NCBI GenBank assembly: GCA_012295275.1
Contig: CM022679.1
Location: 15,686,001-15,750,000, forward strand
DNA length: 64,000 nt
Direction: 5' to 3'
Source: Chrysomallon squamiferum
Taxonomy: Eukaryota > Animalia > Mollusca
Position numbers and translations under genes: made by a program. Under the pieces are notes generated by a model. That model worked only from the letters and a program-made list of their open reading frames with translations. It made no database searches and had not been told where the DNA came from. This document shows, piece by piece, positions 38,407 to 54,228 of this stretch (positions are counted from its first letter, which is position 1; the number at the start of each line of letters is the position of its first letter).

Positions 38407-39363
38407 TCAGAAAAACTATATATATGTATATTCAATACATTATTGTTTTAAGACAAATTATCCCAAAGGCTATGATAGTGTTACTTTAAGTCTTTTCTAG
38501 GGATTATAACTTCAATTAAAAAAAAAAAAAAAGAAATTTATATGAAGAAGACAATGAAGAAGATAGTACGTGTTTTTTCTCTGACCCCGAGTTGAAAAAC
38601 AAACCAGTGCTGTGTGGGAGAAGGGGAGATGGGCTTTCCAGGAACGCACTGTAACAAACACAGCGCGCTGGAAAAGGGTTGGGAAGTCACGATCAACTCA
38701 CAGAATGTGATCAATGTTCAAACTGTGCCAGAACCACAGACAGGTATTTTAACAATAACACACCTGTACGCCGAGCAAAACACCTGTGACATCAAATAAA
38801 AGAAAGCGAAGAAGACAGAAAGATGCCTCGGCTCACTTGGCTGTTGTCGACGAAGAGCTTGTCGTTATTTGTCTCTTAATGCTATTTCTATTGGCTTCAG
38901 ATCATGTTAATCATTGACAACGATGTTGCGACGATGTTGCCACAGGACGTGTCCCAGAATGTCAGAGATGCGACGTATTAGATGCTCACCTATGACGTGC
39001 AAATTTGATTTGGGGTTTTGCTCATCAGCGGCTTCATGTAGCAGATAACTGCAACACGCAAGATCAAATTAGCTTTAGTAATGAAGTCTTCTTCTTTTGT
39101 CTTACGCAGAAAACACAGTCGGCTCGTTGCTGGAAGTTCTGTCATGCCAAAGTGTAGAAATAACGAGCAGTAAACGTTTCTCATTTGCTTTAGAATGTTA
39201 AATGATATTATATTACGTATAACGGTTGTTGTAAGTGTAGTAATTGTGGCTGGGAGACGTATCATTATTTTTAAAAATTATATTTACATAGAGGCCTTTT
39301 TTCTTTCCTTTTTTTATTTCCTGTTACAGATTAATATAGCCAGTAATTTTGTTACACACACAA

Positions 39364-39449
<86 letters not shown>

Positions 39450-39452
<3 letters not shown>

Positions 39453-39630
39453 ACGGAGTTAGATGATCATATGCGAAGACTCCATTCAAACGGCACGCGT
39501 CTCATCGTCAGTTTTTTCTTCTTCCAAAGTATTGCAGTTGACACCCTGTTCCCTTTTCAGTTTTCACTTGTGTCGCAGTGGCCTCTTTTGTACACGCAAT
39601 CCGACTTGGGGTTGTTGCATCCATAGTGAA
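39450..39630. repeat. Inverted duplication, arm B (copy flanked by microsatellites)
   Basis: Reverse complement of 37021-37201. It is directly preceded by (GA)n at 39370-39450 and followed by (TA)n(GA)n to ~39772. Confidence 0.95.
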
Positions 39631-39645
39631 TATACATATACATAT

Positions 39646-39776
<131 letters not shown>

Positions 39777-41951
39777 ATATACAAAACAGAGTAATGTAAT
39801 ATGAATTATTTTTTATGCATTACACTTAGGATGTTTGTTACATCTGATTCAGAAATACTACAAGTTATTTACATTAGAATATGTTGTATTGCCTTTGTAA
39901 GTTATACTTCTATACAATATTTGCTTCTACAAAAATTAGTTTTCACAAATTAGTCACTTATGGGGTGATATATTCGGTTGCTGTATTTATTTATTTATTA
40001 TTATAACAGTAGTAGTAGTGTTGTTATGTTTATTTATCTTTTTCTTGCATTTCAGTATTAACTGCTAAGTTTAATAAATGCTGAAATAGGTAATGCCCTG
40101 TGCTAACTGAAATGTGACAGTTAAATAAGCTATAATTCGTGCATCTTGTGAAAAAAAAAGTCCAGTTTTATTGATATTCATATTATACAGACTTTGTTAC
40201 TTGTCATAGCTTTATCAATTTAACTCTTTTTGTGAAAGCTTTCACTAAACTTACGATTTAGTAAAATACAGGATTACTTTATGATTTAACAACACCATCA
40301 TGTTAACAGGAAATCATTATGTGAAAAAAAAGTAGACTTAATTAAACTGAATGAAAAATATTAATATCGTGTTATTAGTATATAACAGATAGATAGCAGA
40401 ACATGTGTTTGAGTTAAATATTTAAAAAGGAACCTTTTATTGATATTTAGAAGGTTTATAAATTTTAAGGTATTGCCGAATATTGCATTAAAATATGCAA
40501 AATGGATTCAGTCTTTCAAATAAGCTAGTGAATATCACAAAACAACAGATTATTAGAATTTCGCCGTCACATATGATTTTCATTTTTTTTTTATATACAG
40601 AGTTATTTTTGATGCATGAAAAGTTTTAAAATATAAACCTGATTTTGCTAAGACAAACTCCTGTATTATATGAACTAAATATGTCGTTACAACTGAGGGC
40701 AAAGAGTTGACCAAGAATGTCAGAAGTACAAACTTTGCTAATGCTCCGTTCCTTTGAGGAGACGAATAAATGCGACGACAACACTCGAAATGAAGCATGC
40801 GAGGTACGATATTTTGTTGGGCAACAACGCTTTGATTTTTCAATTTTGCATTTTAACAAAGAATCATGAATGACAAACGAGCGCGTTCTGTATTGTAGGT
40901 GCTCTTCTCAACTTATTTCAGAAACAGTTTTAAAACATGGGCCTCTTCTTTTGATGTCTCCACTGGCATTTGACGCGCCCAAGACAATGACGTGCTTGCG
41001 TGAGGATACACAGATTCACATCGATGAAGACATGGCCCCTTGGTTGTTCAAGAGATTCCTCAAACCGACTTCAATGATTCCAGAGATCAAACAAATTGCA
41101 AGGCAGGTAGCCAAGAAGCCCGACTCTTCAAAGTGTCTTCAGTGAATGCAGTTGTTGTGTGCAAAGAACAGAGGAGCGCATGGAATCTTTTTTCGGTTGC
41201 TTGGGAAAATAAAGCGAGTTGATGTGCAATTTGTTTAATTATTTTTAACCGCACATGGTTTGTTTGGTTGGTTGATTGGGTTTTGCTTCTTTGTGCAAAA
41301 CGATGATTTTTTTTTTTTAACAGCTCTGAGAAGTAAACAGTTCGTCATGGCAGTTTAAACACATCGTGTCAGCAACAAATTGGAGACGCAACATTGCACG
41401 ACCATACAATGCTGGAAGTCACCGCGCCGACTTAACATGCTTCACAGAGTCAGCAGGAAGGGATGTGTTGACCTGTGGAAAAATCTAAACCAGCCTGAAG
41501 TCCACTGATCAGTTAAACTGTTTATCAGACCTCTTCCTTGTATACGTTACTCTGTGTTTACCAATTTTCAACTTTGTTTAATATTTTATTTTATAATAAA
41601 TAAATAAATAAATAAATAAATAAATAGTCACGAATCAAGAAGCTGGTTATATTTTAATTGATTAATGCATTTCTGCGTGGAAGGATATCTTAAAAGACTT
41701 GGTTTGTTTTTTGCGGTCTATGGGAAGGTGTATGCAAAACATGTTATGCTTTTAATCGATATGAGAAACCCTTGGATTGGCATTAATAGATTCCTTCTCA
41801 GATTTTGATTATGCAAATTTATAGTAATAATAATAATAATTATAATTATAATTATTATTATTATGTTAATTATGACAATAATAATAATGTTTATAATAGT
41901 AGAAGTAATAGTAACAGTAGTAAAAGTAGTAGCAGTAGTAGCAATAGTAGC

Positions 41952-41990
<39 letters not shown>

Positions 41991-43642
41991 TGTAGTAGTA
42001 GTAGTGGTAGTACAAAACAATGCACAGGTATCGCTAAACATTTATTTATTCATTCATTCATCCATCCATCCATCCATCCATTCATTTATGCATCCAGTGG
42101 TTTATTTAATTACAAATATTAATCACAATCATATTTGCAGATTTTTAAGCTTAATCTATCATTTTAGGTAATAGAAATGCACAAGGTGGTTATATTAATT
42201 TTAATGTGCTTCAGCCTTCTGTCCCCAGTTCTTGCTCCATTTAGATAATGAAAAAGAAACAACAAAAAACAACCGAAAATAAAGAAACGAAAAAAAAAAA
42301 AAAAAAAAAGAATAATAAGAAGAAGAAAAAAAGAATCAATACAATTTATCACGTTCAGCACGGATATACAAATTAACACAATTTGCTTGTCCACCTGGGA
42401 TCGACTTGAAATTCTCGACTCGCTGTCCAAAGAGACTCGCAAGTTACGTCTCGGGCCAGAGACGAGAGCGCTGACGACGCTTCTCTTATTGACAGTTGCA
42501 GATAACTAAATAGGAGGCAAAAAACAGGGTATGTAACTGAGGGAACTGCTCAAACACACGAGCTTCGCAAGTTCAAAGAGCCACTGGCTGTAAACAGTTT
42601 CCGACGCACTTCAAAGGGACTGAAGCTTTCGAAAAATGCCGCATAATCACAGGTGATCGGCACTAAAACAAATTTACCTTAGCGATCAAACACACGAAGT
42701 TGTTCTGGCAAACATGAGTTGAGAGAGGAGTGTTTCACCCCGTGTTGGAAGAGCCTGACCGCCCGAACGCGGCCCTGGTGTAGAAGCCTCGTTTTCAGAA
42801 ACACGGCAGTTTGACAATAATTCTTCAAACCCCTTTTCACACCATCACGGACTAAGCGGATTTCGACCCTGATTCTTAACATTCGAGCCCTTCCTAGGTC
42901 GCTTGCCTTCAGTACACCTTTCGTTTGTCGACGAGCAAATTTATTTCAAGACACGTTTTTGCCCTTAACTGTAACACATGACCAAGCATAAACGCTAGCA
43001 TCCATCAAACGAAACAGGGCTAAGTGATTTTCCCCATCATAACAAAAGATGAACAGCGATGTAACAGGATTGGAACTGGTTTGTATACCACCACATGCCT
43101 TGATCTGGTAACGTCTAAGGTCTAATATCACGTGTCCCAAAGAAAAAGTTTCTCCTCTGAAGATGATTAGAATGGGACTCGGCCGCGACTTCGGAGCGAG
43201 TTGAAGGCGATGGTCGTGCTCAAAGAACGTGTATATTTGGATGTCAGCCGCACACTGGACTCAAAACCCAACAAAAAGAGTATCGAATCGACACGGATTA
43301 CTGGCCTGTACAACGGGATTAATTTGGCTAATGTAATAAAATGGGCCTTGATTTAGATGGCGGTGAATTTCGTTGATGGAAAGAAAACCATCATGGAAAA
43401 GAGCAAAATAACATTACAGTGGTTCCGAGAAGGTGATATGCCTCGTCTGACACACACACCCACAACTAATTTAATCAGCTTTAATTAATCGTAATAAAAA
43501 TGAGAATGTTGAGATAGCACATGTGACACGATTCCTTGTTCGTAAATTAATCTTTAGAAATGAAATAATTTCTTTGCTTCTTTGCTTTTTTCTGCATATA
43601 CATGTACACATGTATGACTGCAATAATAGGTCCCTAATGAAT

Positions 43643-43686
<44 letters not shown>

Positions 43687-43753
43687 TCATATTCATAGAT
43701 GTAGTGAATATATTGAAATTATTTATTTGTTTACTACTTTTTTCTTCTTCTTC

Positions 43754-43817
<64 letters not shown>

Positions 43818-44977
43818 CATCATCATCATCATTATTGCTGTTGTTGTTGTTGTCGTCGTTGTTATTATTATTATTTCTATTAAAAAAAAAGAATGTACAA
43901 AAGATAAATATGTTAATGGTGTTACATGTTACAAATCTGGTCGTGACTTCGATCCTTTTTTTTATTTTTTTTTTTCTACATGTACATATTAAATAATTCT
44001 TCTTACAATTTAACCAACTAACTAAATAAATAAATTTACTGAATCTTTATATTTTTTGTTTGGTATTAAACAAACATAAATAAATATTGTAAAAGAAAAC
44101 AATATTAAATATGATATCTGTACAGAAAGAAATATAACAGTTATCCAAAATGTAAAAACTGAGTGATCACCAAAACTGTAATTTGTGTAACCATTAGCAT
44201 ATCTAAATAAAGATTAATTGAACTATTCAGTTATCAGAAATACTTAAATTGGTATTTGTACTACTACAGCTGTTTACCGCAAAAACCAAACTTCTTTACG
44301 ATTTGTGAAGAGTCTTTAAGACAACAATTTCATTTTAATGTGTGTGTGGCAGAACGGCTACTTCATAGTCCAGTGTAATATTAGACCCTGGAGAGACTTT
44401 GCGGGTTTCGTTTCACGATTTCAAGTAGACCCCGGTCACGTCATCTTCTTGTTCCACGTCTTCGACGGCCTTCTGTTACGTTCTGACCATTTGTCGCCAT
44501 TGTGGCCGAGCTACTTTCTTTAATTGTTCGTCATTAAAGAGCAACGATCGCGCGCCCTTAGCGGGACGATCCTTTCTTGGGTTTGTCCGAGGCGTGACTT
44601 TGTCAAGTTACAGGCGGTCGAGGGCCGTCTAAGGTCCGCAGCGAAATTCAAACATTTTCTAGTTTAATTAAAGATTGCTACAAGCACAGAGCTATCACTT
44701 TGCAGTTATTGATGGCGAATTACACGGACACGGACGCCGTTAAGAAAATTGCAATAACCGCGTTGTTGTCGAAAACTAACATATGCGTTGTCACAGCCGC
44801 CACAAGATACTTGGACTTTTGATTATGAAGCAATCGAAATAATAGCAAAGTGTTTTATTTCATTTTTGTATGTGTTATAATTTGTGATATATAGATTTAC
44901 GTTAAGTAATGAAGTATATTTAGAAACTGCCTTAACATTTTACGTAAACTGAACATATTTAACAAATACTATTACAA

Positions 44978-45086
<109 letters not shown>

Positions 45087-46634
45087 GAACAACAATAATA
45101 TAAATAAATAAATATATAAATAACAAAATATTTCTCTATTTATTTATTTTTAATTGTTATGCCTCTTATTATCAATTTCTGTTATCGATTTATTGTTGTT
45201 GTTGTTTTAATATGTGTACTTTTGTACTTGAAGATTAAGTCAGTATGTATCTTTTAATCCTAATGTAAAATATCTGGCGTAAGAGACTGTAATAGATATT
45301 GTATAATCTGGGTATAATTTGACAAGGTGATAAGACATAAACACATATTTCAAGTACGAAAAACGAAAAACAAAATGAAAAAAGCAGGAACGAACGAAGA
45401 ATGAAGAAATAAAAGAATGAATCAATAAAAAAGAGAAAATAAATAAATAAACCAAATGGAAACGAATTGAAAAAGAAAAGAAAAAAGAATGAACATGGAA
45501 TGTTCAGACTTTTTAAAATCTGTATTATAATCGTAAACAGGAAAAATGAAAAAAAAAAAATCAGAACTAACTTAACGAAATACAAGAAGGAAAACGGACT
45601 GAAATTCAGAATAAAAAAAAAAGTATATATCATCAAATTTATTGTAAATCTATGCATTACTTTGTTACCATCGGTCAATAAATATAACCAAGTTTCATCA
45701 TTAATTTTATTTTTGTAAAAAAGAAAATATCTTCAGAGAGAGGCTATCACTTATTTTTTTGCGCTATTAATTTCGTCTCAATAAGAAAAGCAATAAGAAG
45801 CTCAGCTGTTTTAAGCCGGGGTGTTAGGCCATTCTTCCGAATTGACCCACACCGTGATGGGCCGTCACAAAGTCGGCTTGGCTAGCCATTTTCCGAAATG
45901 CTTGCTTCATGATTTATGCTTTCTCACTGTTGACTTCATCACAGAACCACAGCACATAAAATAATCAAAGACTGAAATGGATATCTGTTAATGTAATGAA
46001 ACGACAATAGAAAAATCCGAGCGGATTTCTGAGAATTTTCTCAACTTTTGATTACGAAATTGGATAATTCGTTCAGATTATTGGAAAGTGTCGCCAGGAT
46101 ATCTCCATTGAACAGTTAATTCCGTAACTGTACAGCTGATTAGCTTCATGAATAAAAATATATTTTCTGTGGTTAAGACGTTTTTTTTAAAATTATTTTA
46201 TAGTCTTTGGAATAGGCTAGATACTTACTGCGTATGGAAAATAATAAAAGTTCTACGTTTTTAAACATTTATTATTAAGATATATTTATTTGGTGAAAAG
46301 AGAAAAAGACAAAGAAAGAAAAAAGAAAGAAAGATAGAATAGCAGTAGTGGAAGAAGGCGAAAGGGATTTAAAAAAAAAAAAGAAAAAAAAAAAGGCCGC
46401 TACATCAGTATTTCCAAACGTCAATAACTGTCTCATAAAAGTACCATTTAATATGCTAATTCAAAGTAATTACTTTGTGTGACTCGTAGAAAATGTATTA
46501 CAAATACGCTAGAAATACATTAAAAATAAGATTAGTCCGAATCAATGGTTAATTCTATACTAAATTTACTTAAAACGCCATATAGTAATGAACAGTTCAA
46601 AAATACTATACAATATTATTTTTAAATAGGATAA

Positions 46635-46665
<31 letters not shown>

Positions 46666-47300
46666 ATTCACTGAGAAACGATAAATAAATCACTGTTATT
46701 CTTTTATAGATATGAGCAATATATACTCGGTAAATATTAAAATACAGGGATCTGCTATACAATACTCAGTACGTAGCAAGAAAGGACGTTGGAACTAAAG
46801 TGCAGAAGACGACTTTTACAGAGAAATTTATATATTTGTGAGTTTTACACTTGTACAACGCGGACAGTGTCCTGTGACATATGCAGGTGTCCGAGACGTG
46901 CAGGACGACGTGTCGTGTTGATCGCTCGCCAACAGGCCGCGCTCGTTTCGCACACTCGGCAAAGCACGGGACGCGTTCGGTTAGAAATTACGTAGCAGAT
47001 GGGCAATGGCTGCCTGAAGATCCGAGTAACTGGCATTTGTTTTAGAATTCCTCACTGTGATGGCCAAACAGATGCAGAATATGCAAATATGTAAAGGGTC
47101 GGTGAACCGTGAAACTAGCGGCTAATGTCACACACGAGGGAATTGCAAACATTACGGTGTGCGTCCTGATATTGGTTCCGTGTTTCATTATTGCGTCATA
47201 GAAAGACGTCATAATGGAAGGAAAAGTGAGAAAACCCACAGTTTTCTTACATACAGTCTTCTTCCATCTTTCTTTCATCCTGTCTCTTCTTCCTCTTTCA

Positions 47301-47384
<84 letters not shown>

Positions 47385-47843
47385 CTCTCTTTGCATAAAA
47401 ATGCACAGTTTGCACACATGCTGGCTTCGATATATTTAATATTAGAATATTTATACTCTTACTAATACACACAATAGTTTATCTAGTCATTTCTTATCAT
47501 CAGGTTTATCTATAATTTCAGTAACACAATGTCAAGTTATTTTCTAATAGCAGGGATATTCATGTTATGCTGCCAAAGATAAAAGTGTTGGCAGGTTACC
47601 AGAATGAGGCGGGGATGGGAAGTAGATAGTATCAAAACTATAGATTTCTTTTACCTAATGCTGTTGTATATTAGTGGTAGGATACTGTCCGTTCTAGCTT
47701 TATTTAATTAATTCGAAAAAAAATATTGTTTTATCTTCTGCTGTCTCCACAGTTTTATCTGATATATATGTATCAGTCTATCTCTCTAATACATATGTGT
47801 GTGTGTATATATATATATATCTTTTTGTTCTATTAGTGTATGA

Positions 47844-47939
<96 letters not shown>

Positions 47940-48933
47940 ATATATTGCTATCTATTTATCTGTCTTTGTCTATTATTTTCACAAGTAGTAAAGAATATCA
48001 GCCTCTACAGCATGTAAGTTTTCTGTATGTTGTGTAAAAAAAGAAATTGGCTAGATATCAAAAACACAAAGACACTTCCTCTGGTTTCCCCCAGCGTCTC
48101 AATCATCGCCAAGATAATCTCGACAAATTTTACCCGAAAATCCCCTAAACACCGCGGAAGCGGGTTCAGTAATCCTCCCGGCTCAAAACATAAAGTATGA
48201 TGTAAAAATATATATTTAATATTGGAACACGCCTAATACCTTTTCGCTGATTGAGAAAGTTTGCAGACGAGGGCTGGAGAGTATCGCCGTTCGAGAATCT
48301 GTCGAAGATTTTTGTCGACAAGTATGAAAAATGACAAATTCGTCGTCTAATTGGCTTCATATGATCTTTAAAACATCATCAGTGTCACAAGACGAAATCG
48401 CTTGAATAATTGGAAGATCTCGGTTTCAAAGCCGAGCGAAGGCCCACAAATCATTTCCCCTTTGGCTGATCCCTGCAGCGAAATCGAATAGAGCTAAATT
48501 AAATGGATTGTGCTCCGTGACGCTGCCAGGTCTCGCGCGCCGGAGCGCGTGCATCTTAATTCTCGTAGTTAAACGAGATCTATGAAATGTTTCAGACATG
48601 ACAGGTTAATAACGGCGGAGTTCGCTCGCTGCTATGTGGTTACTAGATCAAAAGAAATTAAAAGTTTAAACAAATACTAAATTGGCTTGCTTACATCAAC
48701 ATGCAGTTGGTGTATTTTAGTTTATGATGTTTTTAACTCTTTTTTTTTCTTCTTCTTTTCTCTCTTTCCTATCTATTTTTCTTCTTTTTGTTTTTCAAGG
48801 CAGACGTCATTTATTTAATATAACTAATTTTGAAATGTGATATCAGATTTCTACTCAAAGTCGATATCTCTTACTCTGACTACTGAAATGAATTAATGTT
48901 TTTAACTGTATATTACGTAAGATGAAGTAATGT

Positions 48934-48993
<60 letters not shown>

Positions 48994-50313
48994 CGATGTC
49001 AGCTTTTGATATATAAATAATTATAACATACATTTAACTTAATAGTTTATGATTGCTTTTTTGTTGATTTATTCATTCATTCATTCATTCATTCATTATG
49101 GTTTATTAAAATTATTATTATTATTATTATGATATTATTATTTTATATTTATTATTACCAATTCGTTCATACATTCACTTAGAGTTTATAAACTATGAAA
49201 TATTAGTTTTCTTATTTTGTTTTTCTTTCTGATTCTGTCATTTTCTGGAGTTTATAAAATTAGTTTATCTCATGATTACAGTATGTCTGTTGTTCGCAGT
49301 CTTCGATCACGTAGTAATTTATCTGTTTATCAGTTTCATTTCTTAATTTTCAAGATTGTGACAATCAGTTCATGTAAATTAATTTCAACTCAAACTGAGT
49401 CTACACAACGAATATATAATTATAGTTATTTAAAACTGACACTTACACAATAAATATGTAATTATATTTACTTAATAAAAGAAATACCTCAATTATATAT
49501 ATAAATATATATATATATATTTTAAATATAATATATATATCTAATACTAATAAAAATACGTAATTACATTTAAAACTGATACTTCACAATAAATTAATTA
49601 TTTAATACAATAATATATTTATATTTACTTTAAAAATTAATCCTATGCAACAAATACTGTAATTACATTTACTACGCAATAAAACAAATTATTTTAGAAA
49701 GAAACCGCACAGTGAATATATTATTATCTTCAATAAAAAGTGATACCATAACAAACACTATTTTTTTTCCCACAAATACATTATTACATTAATGAAAATA
49801 ACTGACTCTACATAATAAACACACAATTCACTGGTATGAAAACTGATTCTTTACAATAAAGTACACAACTACTTTAGTTAAAACTTATACTGCAGTTTCA
49901 CGTTATTCTGCCTCGTTCTTTTAAACTTAAATATGCGCCAAAAATGAGAAACATTCTGAAGATGAAAAAGGACTATTTGCGCCACTCCTAGGAAGTCTAA
50001 CTGACGTCGCAGCTCTGCTAACTGTTGTACAAACATCCACCTCCTGTACCTCAAACTGCTGCCATGTTGGCGATAAACCATCCAGTCTGACCTCACAGGA
50101 TTAAGCTGATTAGCATGGAATCTGTATATTAAAGTCTTTGTCGCCATGGAGATAGCACATGTATGGAAACATGTTAGTTATTTTGTTTAACACGGTGTTG
50201 CCAAAAAAAAAAAAAAAAAAAAAAAAAAATGTAGAAGAAGAAGAAGAAATATGTAAAGAAATGATAAGAAACGAAAAAAAAAAGAGGAAAAAACCCGACA
50301 AAAAACAACCGAA

Positions 50314-50353
<40 letters not shown>

Positions 50354-50881
50354 TGATGATGATGATGATGATATGCAAATGAATGCAGAATGCAAGAAAA
50401 AGAAAAAAGAAACAATAGTTAAAGTTATGTAGAAGAAAAATATGAAATTGCAATTCGATGGTCTATATATTTTGTATTTCCTCATGTTATTAGTTACAGT
50501 CATAATCAGTTTTTTTTTTATATAATAATAATAATCAGTTTGTTTATATAATAAAAATAATAATAACAACAACAACAACAACAATAATAATAATAATACA
50601 TTTTTTAAAAATTATTATTAATAGTAGTAGTAAAACTAATGCTTAGCTGTAGCAGTAGTAATAGTAGTAGTTGTTATTGTAGTAGTAATAGAAGTACTAG
50701 TGGTAGTAGCATCACAAATAAAATTACACAATTTTAGTTTAAATAACTAAAAACAACAACAGCAGCAGCAATAAAATAAATAACATTTCACAATCACATT
50801 TTACAACACAGTAGAATCAGAACTGTTTCTGTGCTACCGAATAAATAAAATAAATAAATAAATCATATTCCAGTTCATACA

Positions 50882-50960
<79 letters not shown>

Positions 50961-52794
50961 ATCATCATACATTTTTTTATTATTGTCGTTGTTGTTTTGG
51001 TTGTTATGGTGATTATGAAGTGCTGTTACTATGATTATTATTTAATTTACACTTGACAAATCTAGCACACATCACCATGCGAACAAGCCAAGAAGGCGGG
51101 TCTTCACCGCACCCACGGAGAGCCGAGCCACACCTCATCGCGTGACATCGTAACGACATAAGTCCCAGTAACATCGATGGAATAAATTCAGCATATCTTC
51201 CATTCATCGAGAATTATGTTCCAACCGTGTCTTCAGACGCGTGTTAATTGAAAAATCTCCCAAAAGCTTTCGGACGTTTCTTGCTAAACATAAAATAAAC
51301 TATTAGCTTGCAACTCCTCGCCGGCGAAGTCCGCAATAAGCCGGCACTAAACGGGGGTCTTAGGGCGTGTCAATATAAGTATATTACCATTGCCAAAAAC
51401 GCGAGAGCCGTGTTGCTGATATTGTTGTACTTAGCTGGGATTAGATCCGCCGCGCCACACGACTTGGTCTTTATCTGCATTAGGAACTCATTTCTTCTTT
51501 CTTCTCATCTCTGTAAACAGTCAGGTTCTGAAGTTTCACAGACGCAGCTTACATATTCATCACGAATGAATGAATGAATGATTGATAGAATGACTATTAA
51601 TTTTGTTTAACTATACGTCAATTCATATTTAATGTTAACAGTTGCTATGCGTAGGCATAGGTAAATACGAGATAGGTTTATTAGTATACATTACAAACTT
51701 GCGATATTTTATATGTTCTTTACTACTGAGAGAAAAGCATAAAAATGTTTGATGGAACGGGAAATTGGTTTGTTTGAAACTAATAGTCCGGATAGTATGG
51801 AAAGATATGAGGCAAAAACAAACAAATATAGTAGAGCGAAGGGCGGTATATAAAAATAAATAATTAGCTTGAACATACTGTCAGAATAATACATTTTATT
51901 TGGTTTGATGACGAAAGAAGCAAGATTACCCAGTGAATAATGATGAAGATGAAAATGATGAAGATGAAGATGATGATGATGATGATGATGACCATAATAA
52001 TAATAGTAACAATAATCAATAAATAGATAGACAGACAAATAGACAAATAAATAAACAAATATAGCTTGTATTATTTATGTTACTTCGAGATAAATATAAA
52101 TTAACCTTCAGAAACGATTGTCTGAGCCAAGAAAGAAACCTCCCCTAGAAACCGCCCGACTGACATCGATTTGGAGGTGACACTCAAACGAAAGGTAACT
52201 GATCAAATATGGACACGGAATCTCAGTCGCAGGGCGTCCGCATGGACCAAATAGTTGAAGACAACTTAAAGGAACTTTCACTACGAGTTTCAAAGTGAAA
52301 CGGTCCTAATCTCCAACTAGTATATTTATGTTGGGCATACCGTTTATACCCAGCAAAGCTGTAGGCAAACAGGTCGACTGCATGCCCTCGACTTGTCGGC
52401 TGATGTTTGGGACGTGTAGTGAGAGGTAGAAAACAGGGGTGAGCAACTGTTGTGAGCAAGAGTGAAGGTCATGGCAAAAGTAATAGAGCAGTGATAAATA
52501 AAACAAAAAAACAACAAAAAAAAAAACAATAAAAAAACAATGGGAAATAATCTGTTATAATATTAAAGTAATTTACTAAATGAGACATATGCTGTTAGTG
52601 TCGATTTGTGAAATGGCATCGAAACAACAACAACAACAACAACAAAACCAAAGAACAAACGTATAACTGAAAAATAATATGATTTAAGAATCACTCTATG
52701 AAGAAAATCATCTAATGATAATTTTAAATAAATATTTGGCGAATCGTTTGGATGGTCCATAATTATTAATATTGTGCGTTGTTAATAAAATACT

Positions 52795-52845
<51 letters not shown>

Positions 52846-52894
52846 TGCATATACATATATTTTTTAACGTTTGCAAATAATATAATCATTGCTG

Positions 52895-53006
52895 ATTCAG
52901 TACAAATATATATAAATGTTTGAAATAGTACAAATAAAAAAAATCGTTTATTCAGTACAAATACATATAAATGTTTGAAATAGTAAAAATAAAAAAAATC
53001 GTTTAT
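52895..53006. repeat. Tandem duplication (55-bp period)
   Basis: ATTCAGTACAAATA.ATATAAATGTTTGAAATAGTA.AAATAAAAAAAATCGTTT occurs at 52895 and 52950. Confidence 0.85.
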
Positions 53007-54124
53007 CAAGTACGAAATCGAAATATAGAAATATAGTTACTATATCAGTTGTTACCATTTTTCAGTTAATGCAATAAAGCAATTTTTATCATGTCAAGTA
53101 CTAGAGCAACATTTTGAATATTGAAGGTGGATCGTGCTATTATTTTTGGAAATAGCTAAATTACTAAATTGTTAGAGCCCTATTACAGAACCTTATTATT
53201 CAAGTTAAAGAGATCAAGTCGGAGAATAATTTATAATTTAGCTTATAATAATTATTTTATCTATAAGGTTAGTGTCTATACTTTCAAACATTTGTGGACT
53301 ATTTGCGTTATTATTATTATTATTATTATTATCATCATCATCATCATCATCAACATCATCATCATCATTGTAGTCGTTATCGTCGTCATTACGGTTATTA
53401 TCATTATTAAAATCATGGTAATGATGGTGATGATGGTTTTGCAGATGCTGTTTCCATCTTAATCGTCTTAACATTTTCTTAATTCTATTTGATTCAGAAG
53501 GCATTTTTTAAATCTTTTTATCAGTTTGATTTTTATTTGGCAGATTACCTAATGACACATGTAAATATCTGACATCAGTAACAATTATGTAGTCGAATTT
53601 ATGCAACTTCACTCTTCTTTTGTTAACACAAAAATCTCAAGCATTGTAAACGTATAGATAAAACTTTATAATTATCTAGTTTTCGCTAGTTAAAATTAAT
53701 ATTACACGATGTTCAGCGATGTCGACACTGACACAAATAAACTGTTACGTCAGTAATCCGTTGTTTGTTTGCTGATTCGAGGTGCTAAGAAGAGAAAATC
53801 TACTTTGATAATACGCCAACGTTTGCAAAACAAAAGCAACGTTCGTGTTACTTCCGGCATATTGTTAAAAGTGCCAACTCACGATTGGTCGAGGCGAGAA
53901 CACTAAAAACATTCCCGAGATTCCCGAGGTTTGTGTTTTTATAAATAATATTTGTCATAATCGATCTGGACACTCTGTGATTTCTTTATCAAAATGTTTG
54001 AGAAAATAAATATGTATGTTTCATTCGCCTGTGAGCAAAACAGATTGGATAAATTAGGCATTAAACAAAAGCAAAATATCACCACACATACATGTATATC
54101 AAAATAAGTCTAAAATTAATTTTG

Positions 54125-54228
<104 letters not shown>

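Noticed and set aside
37021-39630. Intact DNA transposon with 181-bp terminal inverted repeats
   Set aside because: No transposase ORF in the spacer and no target-site duplication. Arm A is continuous with unique flanks while arm B is embedded in microsatellites.
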